A stretch of 64,000 bases of DNA from positions 352,001 to 416,000 of the forward strand of contig JBBTCT010000001.1 in the NCBI GenBank assembly GCA_038060895.1. The letters run 5' to 3'. A model generated the notes under the pieces. That model did not search any database, was not told where the DNA came from, and was given only the letters and a program-made list of their open reading frames with translations. Below are positions 57,476 through 64,000 of the stretch, in pieces (positions within the stretch are counted from its first letter, which is position 1; each line of letters opens with the position of its first letter). A program made the translations under genes and the position numbers. The stretch comes from Planctomycetota bacterium (GTDB taxonomy: Bacteria > Planctomycetota > MHYJ01 > WSZJ01).

Positions 57476-58303
57476 ATGGGTTACGACGATCGTGAGTACT
57501 TCCAACCCACCGACAGCCTCCGGAAGCGGTGGACCCTCAACTGGATCTTCATCTACGCGAGCGTCGCCGTCTTCGTAGCGGCGATGCTCTGGCAATACGT
57601 CATTTTCCGCGGCTCCACCCTGTCCATCGCGTTGCTCGACTGGTCCGTCCTGAAACCGGTCAATGTCATCGAAGGCTTCCAGGAGTGGCGCCTTCTCACT
57701 CACCTCTTCCTCGATATCAGCCCGCTCTCGCTCCTCTTCAACATGCTCGCGCTCTACTGGTTCGGGAATGATCTCGAAGAGCTCGTGGGGACCCGGTCCT
57801 ACGCGCTTCTCTTTGCCGGCGGAGCTCTCGTCTCGGCGCTCACGTTCGTCGGCCTCGGCTACCTCATCTGGCCGGGGAGCATGTTCACGGGCCCCAGCGG
57901 CGCTCTCATCGCCGTGATGGTCGCCGCGGCCATCACCTGGCCCGACCGGCAGGTCATCTGCCTCTTCTTCCCCGTCAAGCTCAAGTACCTCGTCCTCATC
58001 TGGATCGGCCTCGACGTCTACACCTCCATCACCGTGCTCGGCGTCGCTTCGCTCGGCCACCTCGCCGGCGCCGTCTGGGCCTTTGGTTACTGGAAACTCA
58101 AGGACCGCGTCGCCGACCGGCTCGAGACCATGGACAACCGCGCCGAGATCCGCGCGGACCGGAAGGAACGCGAGCATGTGATGGAACGTGAGGCGGAGAT
58201 CGACGAGATTCTCAAGAAGATCTCCGTCTCGGGAATCAACTCGCTCACCGAGCGCGAGCGGCGCGTCCTGGAAGTCGAGAGCGAAAAGAAGAGGTCGAGG
58301 TGA
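57476..58303 (+). CDS. Rhomboid intramembrane serine protease with a C-terminal helical tail
   Basis: WRLLT..F, FNMLAL, GPSG, GHLAG, EIDEILKKIS.SG..SLTE.ER. Confidence 0.88.
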   Translation: MGYDDREYFQPTDSLRKRWTLNWIFIYASVAVFVAAMLWQYVIFRGSTLSIALLDWSVLKPVNVIEGFQEWRLLTHLFLDISPLSLLFNMLALYWFGNDLEELVGTRSYALLFAGGALVSALTFVGLGYLIWPGSMFTGPSGALIAVMVAAAITWPDRQVICLFFPVKLKYLVLIWIGLDVYTSITVLGVASLGHLAGAVWAFGYWKLKDRVADRLETMDNRAEIRADRKEREHVMEREAEIDEILKKISVSGINSLTERERRVLEVESEKKRSR

Positions 58304-59115
58304 AGCCCTCGACAAAGATCGGCATCGCGGCCTCCGCCGGGGTCATCGCGCTCGTCGCCGCGATGCACGCGGCTCTTCCAGCGCTTTCCCGGAAGTTCGG
58401 CGGAGCCGAAACCGGTCTCGACAGCTTCGAGGGGCGGGTCGTGACCGCGTTTGCAGAGAATCCCGAGGAAGCGAAAAAGGGCGCGGTCGCCGCGGACGAC
58501 TTCTCGGAGGCGTTCGTGCGGCGGTGGGAAAAGTCGCGCGGAGCAAACCTCCCGACGTCGAGCGTCAAGCTCTACCTCTTCCCCAACCAGGCTGCGTTTT
58601 CCCGCCACGGCCTGGTTCGCATGAGCAATGCGCTCGAGTTCAACGGCGGCTACTTCAGCGCGGCGGAAGGCGCCATCGCCCTCGTGGCCGGCGACGACGC
58701 AGGACTGCGCCACGAGTTGACCCACATGCTCGCCTCCGCCTCGTGGGGTCCCGGTGCTGAGCTTTCGACCTGGTTCTCCGAGGGACTGGCCCAATGGCAC
58801 GAATCGGGGGTGGAGGGCGGCCCTGGCACCGGGGAAGCGAATGCGCGCGATCTCCTGGCCGCAGGCCGCTGGCTGTCTCTGCCCGATCTGCTCGATTCTT
58901 CCGGGGAAGCCTTCAAGAAGGCCGGAAACGACGTCTACTACGCGCAGAGCGCTTCCCTGTTCGCCTGGCTGGCAACCGTCCGTCCCGCGGCGCTCGAGCG
59001 CGTCGTGGCGCTGGAACGCCTGCCGGGAAAGGTCTCGATGGGCGAATTCGAAGAGGCGGTCGGCGAGAAAGCGGAGACGATAGAAGCGGACTGGCGGGCG
59101 TGGGCGCGGAAGTAG
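58300..59115 (+). CDS. Membrane-anchored gluzincin (peptidase MA/DUF1570-like)
   Basis: GGYF, RHELTH, WFSEGLA, YYAQS. Confidence 0.78.
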   Translation: MKPSTKIGIAASAGVIALVAAMHAALPALSRKFGGAETGLDSFEGRVVTAFAENPEEAKKGAVAADDFSEAFVRRWEKSRGANLPTSSVKLYLFPNQAAFSRHGLVRMSNALEFNGGYFSAAEGAIALVAGDDAGLRHELTHMLASASWGPGAELSTWFSEGLAQWHESGVEGGPGTGEANARDLLAAGRWLSLPDLLDSSGEAFKKAGNDVYYAQSASLFAWLATVRPAALERVVALERLPGKVSMGEFEEAVGEKAETIEADWRAWARK

Positions 59116-59124
59116 GCCCGGCTC

Positions 59125-59157
59125 AAAAAAAACGGGCGCCTCTTGCGAGGCGCCCGT
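59125..59157 (-). terminator. Intrinsic terminator for the minus-strand transcript
   Basis: A8 run with ACGGGCGCCTC-TTGC-GAGGCGCCCGT; starts 17 nt after the TAA at 59175. Confidence 0.85.
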
Positions 59158-59174
59158 CGTGAAGTCACTTCGAT

Positions 59175-60434
59175 TTACTTCTCTTTCTGCTCGCTCTTCA
59201 CGTCGCCGAACAGCTTCTTGTAACGGCTCTCGGACAGCTGGACTTTGAAGGGCCCCTTCGAATCGCCTACGCTACCTGCGTAGTCCTTCGGGGTACCCCC
59301 TCAGCACATCGACATCGAGCCCTTCTGCTCCTGGTCGCCTGTCTTCGCGTTGAGGACCTGGACGACCGGCATGAAGGCGGGCGGGGTGAAGCTGTAGTAC
59401 TCCTCGCCGCTGCTGCCGTAGACGTGCAGGGTGGAAACCATGATCGAAACGGTTCCGCCGCTGATGTCGAAGTCGAAGTCGATCTTGAGGTCCATGCCCC
59501 AGGCGATCTTGGTCGTGTCGTCCTTCTTGACGTCGACGGCGACCATGGTGCCCGTCTTCATGAGGGCGGACTGGCCGCCGGACGTCGCCTTGCACTCACC
59601 GCCGAAGAACAGGTAGCTGCCCGTCGGGACGACGGCGGCCTTGTCCTTGATGGTGCAGAGGTCGATGTAGGTCTGGCCGTTCTGGAACATCGCGGAGCCG
59701 AGCATGCCGAGCGACTTGTGGCCGCTGCGGGCGTCGAGCTTGCCCGTTTCGCCGGCGAACTCCTTGACCCAGATCTTCTTGCCGTTCTCTTCGACCTTGA
59801 GGCTGTAGAGCGTGCCGCCGAGGCTGACGACGTCGGACAGCGGCGTCGCGTACCCGGTCAGGCCGACGCTGACGGCGTCCTCGCCGTTCTCGTCGTACTT
59901 GCCGTTGTTGTTGTTGTCGAGGATGCCGAGCTGGGTCTTGTTGATGGTCGCCATCCAGAAGCCGCTGCGCTGCCAGTTCCAGCTGCCGCCTCCGCCCTTC
60001 TGGAAGCGCACCGCGTAGGGAGCGATGGTTCCGTCGGCGTAGGAGACGCTGACGAGGCACATGGCGCCGTCGGTCTTGATGCGTTCGTCCATCTTGCCGT
60101 CGTGGTTTGCATCGACTTCGATGGCGAACTGCTCGGCCTTGACGGCGACGCCGTCCTTGTCTTTGACGGGAAGCGGAATGACCTGGTTGCCGCCCTTGGT
60201 GGTGACGGCTGCGTAACCGCCGTGAAGCACTTTCATCGTCCAGTCTTTCACGGGGACGTAGGTGGCGTCGTAGGACTTCCACCCGAGCTCGGCGAGGCCG
60301 GGTTCGGCCTTGTTGGGGTTGCCGGACGGCTGTTCAGCGGCCGGCTTGCCCTTTTCAACGGTCGTGCCGCCGCCATCTGCGACCGCGAGGCCGCCGGCGA
60401 GTGCGAGCACGAGTGCGGGAACAACCCATTTCAT
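59175..60434 (-). CDS. Secreted protein, candidate selenoprotein (Cys377-Sec378; 419 aa with UGA readthrough)
   Basis: GGGAGGT RBS, signal peptide MKWVVPALVLALAGGLAVA, DxNxDG-like loops; in-frame TGA at 59301-59303 then GGTPKDYAGSVGDSKGPFKVQLSESRYKKLFGDVKSEQKEK-TAA. Confidence 0.72.
59250..59300 (-). promoter_or_regulatory. Candidate bacterial SECIS element
   Basis: Apical stem CTACGC-AGGTA-GCGTAG (59283-59267), loop begins 23 nt after UGA; lower pairing CGAA/TTCG and CCCC/GGGG. Confidence 0.62.
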
Positions 60435-60751
60435 GTGCGTACCTCCCTCAAAAGGAAAACCCGAAGCAATTATCTCGGCGGAGGCGGCCCGGCCGTAGGG
60501 AGCGCTTCCGCGGACGTTTCTCCCGTATCTAAAGAGAGTACCAATGAGGACGGGGAAATCTTCCCGCAATTTCATGGAAATGGAGAAATTTGAAGGGTTT
60601 ATAGATAAGTAATGTGATCAGGATTTGGAGCGGTTGTGAGTGGGGGCGCGGGCCGACGGGCGCGCCGTGTTGGCATGCGTTCGAACTGCGGAGACCGTGG
60701 CGCGCCCGTCGTGCCGGCGCCGCCCTTCTTCGCCCCCCTGCCCCCTCGCGT

Positions 60752-61642
60752 TCAGACGGATTCGGCCTCGGCAACCCCCGTCACCTGCAGGATCACCTCG
60801 GCAATCGCCCTTTCGCTGTCCACCGCAGCCATCATCTCGAAATAGTCCTCCTGCGGAAGCCCCAGCCGGGTCCAGGCTCGCTCGTCGAAATGGGCCGCGC
60901 CAAACGTCCCGGCACAGGCCACGCCTCGCGAACGGGCCGCGTAGTCCGCGAAGTACAGAGCCGCGGAAAGCAGGTCGTCGTCCCATGCCCCTTCGTCATG
61001 GTGCGAGTCGATCGCGTCCACGACGTCGCCGGGAAGATTCCAGGTCCTCGCCATCCAGGCACCGATCGCCGCGTGCCCGGTGGAGAACGCAACTCCCTCC
61101 GCCTCCGCGAACGACTCCTTCTTGTCCTCGGCGGCCTTCAGCACCGCCGCATACTCCTTCGGGAAATACCCGAGAATCGCGATCTTGCCCACGTCGTGCA
61201 GCAACCCGGTCAGGAACGCCTGCTCCGGGTCCTCGAGCCCGAGCCGCAGCGCCACGCGCTTCATCAGGCCCGCCACGACCGCGCTGTGCTGCCAGAACTG
61301 CGCGAAATCCTCGCGCTGCTTCTTCGAGATCGCCCGGAACACCCGGATGAGCGAAAGCGAGAGGACGAGATTCTTGATGCGGCCGTACCCGAGAAGCGCG
61401 ATCGCGCGGTTCAGGTCGGCGATTTTCTGCGGCAGGCCGAAGTACGCGCTGTTCACGAGCTTGATGATCTGCGCCGATAGCGACGGATCGCGCACGATCA
61501 CGTTGGAGACGTCCTGAGCGGAGGAGTCGGGATCCTCGAGCAGGTTCATCACGAACGATGTGATTTCGGGAAGCGTGGGCAGCGTGTCAACGCGCCGCTG
61601 GACGTCCTGGAGTGTGACAAGTGCTCGTGTTTGCTTGGCCAT
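60752..61642 (-). CDS. Stand-alone HDOD-domain protein
   Basis: LPTLP, DPSLSAQIIKLVNSAYFG, AIALLG, FWQHS, GLLHDVGK, HAAIG...W.LP, HH. Confidence 0.92.
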   Translation of the reverse strand: MAKQTRALVTLQDVQRRVDTLPTLPEITSFVMNLLEDPDSSAQDVSNVIVRDPSLSAQIIKLVNSAYFGLPQKIADLNRAIALLGYGRIKNLVLSLSLIRVFRAISKKQREDFAQFWQHSAVVAGLMKRVALRLGLEDPEQAFLTGLLHDVGKIAILGYFPKEYAAVLKAAEDKKESFAEAEGVAFSTGHAAIGAWMARTWNLPGDVVDAIDSHHDEGAWDDDLLSAALYFADYAARSRGVACAGTFGAAHFDERAWTRLGLPQEDYFEMMAAVDSERAIAEVILQVTGVAEAESV

Positions 61643-61690
61643 AGCTGGAGGGCGGACTTTACCAGAACCCGGCGGACGACGGCGATCCGC

Positions 61691-61722
61691 AAAAAAAGGG
61701 CGGGGAATCGCTTCCCCGCCCT
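61691..61722 (-). terminator. Intrinsic terminator of groEL
   Basis: AAAAAAAGGGCGGGGAA-TCGC-TTCCCCGCCCT. Confidence 0.88.
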
Positions 61723-61742
61723 CTCAGGTTCGAAGTCCCGCG

Positions 61743-63365
<1,623 letters not shown>

Positions 63366-63409
63366 CTTGTTCCCTCCTCGCTATGCGTTCAAAAAAGGTC
63401 TGTTTTGTT

Positions 63410-63805
63410 CTACCGCGTGGTCCGGTCCCGGAACAGCGACGAAAAGACCTGGATCGTCACCCTCGCCACTTCCATCTCAAACGGCCGCGGCAACCAGCTC
63501 CAGGCGCCCGCGTCCGCCGCCGCCAGCCTTGCTTCCTTCGATGCGGTCGCCCCGCCTACAAACATCACGGGAAACCGGACGACCAGTCGCAAGGCCGTCA
63601 GCAACTGCAAACCCGTCATGTCCGCGAAAGCTGCATCAATGATCCCGGCGTCGATCGGCACCCGCCGGGCTACTTCGAGTGCCCTGCGTCCGGTCTCTGC
63701 GACGTGAACCGAAGCGCCCAGTCCCGCAAGCACTTCCGACAGGGCCTCACGCGCCGGCAGGTCAGGTTCGGCGACGAGGATGTTGAAGTGGGGAGAAACA
63801 TTCAC
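63410..63805 (-). CDS. Single-domain response-regulator receiver (atypical)
   Basis: ILVAEPD...ALEV...GIID...DMTGLQL...GA..WLPRPF; GTG start assumed. Confidence 0.75.
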   Translation of the reverse strand: MNVSPHFNILVAEPDLPAREALSEVLAGLGASVHVAETGRRALEVARRVPIDAGIIDAAFADMTGLQLLTALRLVVRFPVMFVGGATASKEARLAAADAGAWSWLPRPFEMEVARVTIQVFSSLFRDRTTR

Positions 63806-63841
63806 GGGGTATGACCGACAGCGGTTCCTGCTGTGTGCAAA

Positions 63842-63857
63842 AGCAAACGCGGTGCCG
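63842..63857 (-). promoter_or_regulatory. Putative sigma-54 (-24/-12) promoter
   Basis: Minus strand CGGCACCGCGTTTGCT: GG-N10-GC, close to the consensus TGGCAC-N5-TTGC. Confidence 0.55.
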
Positions 63858-64000
63858 GGGGCCGCGCCGCTGATGCCCTCTGCTAAATGTTGCAGCCAAA
63901 AGACTTGCGTCGAGACCGCCGAAGTCAAATTCGGGCCAATCCCTGCCAGTCTGACCCGGGACACACGAAGGTGGCAGGAATCCGGGCCGGCCGAATTGAC

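Overview
High-GC bacterial chromosomal window, probably Planctomycetota/PVC. This taxonomic guess is an inference from the DUF1570-like gluzincin expansion, HEAT/TPR secreted proteins and the rhomboid with a C-terminal helical tail. It holds about 55 CDS, one tRNA-Gly(CCC), and no rRNA, CRISPR array, prophage or transposase that I can recognise. Recognisable genes include clpC (partial), purF, serS, groEL, ubiE/menG, a Ski2-like helicase, yhaM, larE, a form IV RuBisCO-like protein, a CymR-like rrf2/cysM/JAMM/CysO sulfur-relay operon, an octaheme cytochrome c and a VapBC-SUKH islet. Main highlights: (1) a secreted protein whose apparent stop is an in-frame Cys-UGA followed by a SECIS-like hairpin, 41 more codons and a terminator, making it a candidate unannotated selenoprotein (59175-60434); (2) more than a dozen intergenic hairpin or micro-repeat elements, many sharing an AACGRC motif, one inserted in frame into a signal-peptide region and one at the tRNA 3' end; (3) a tandem array of five secreted gluzincin paralogues, one of which has lost two zinc ligands. 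All calls are by eye from motifs; no database searches were run.
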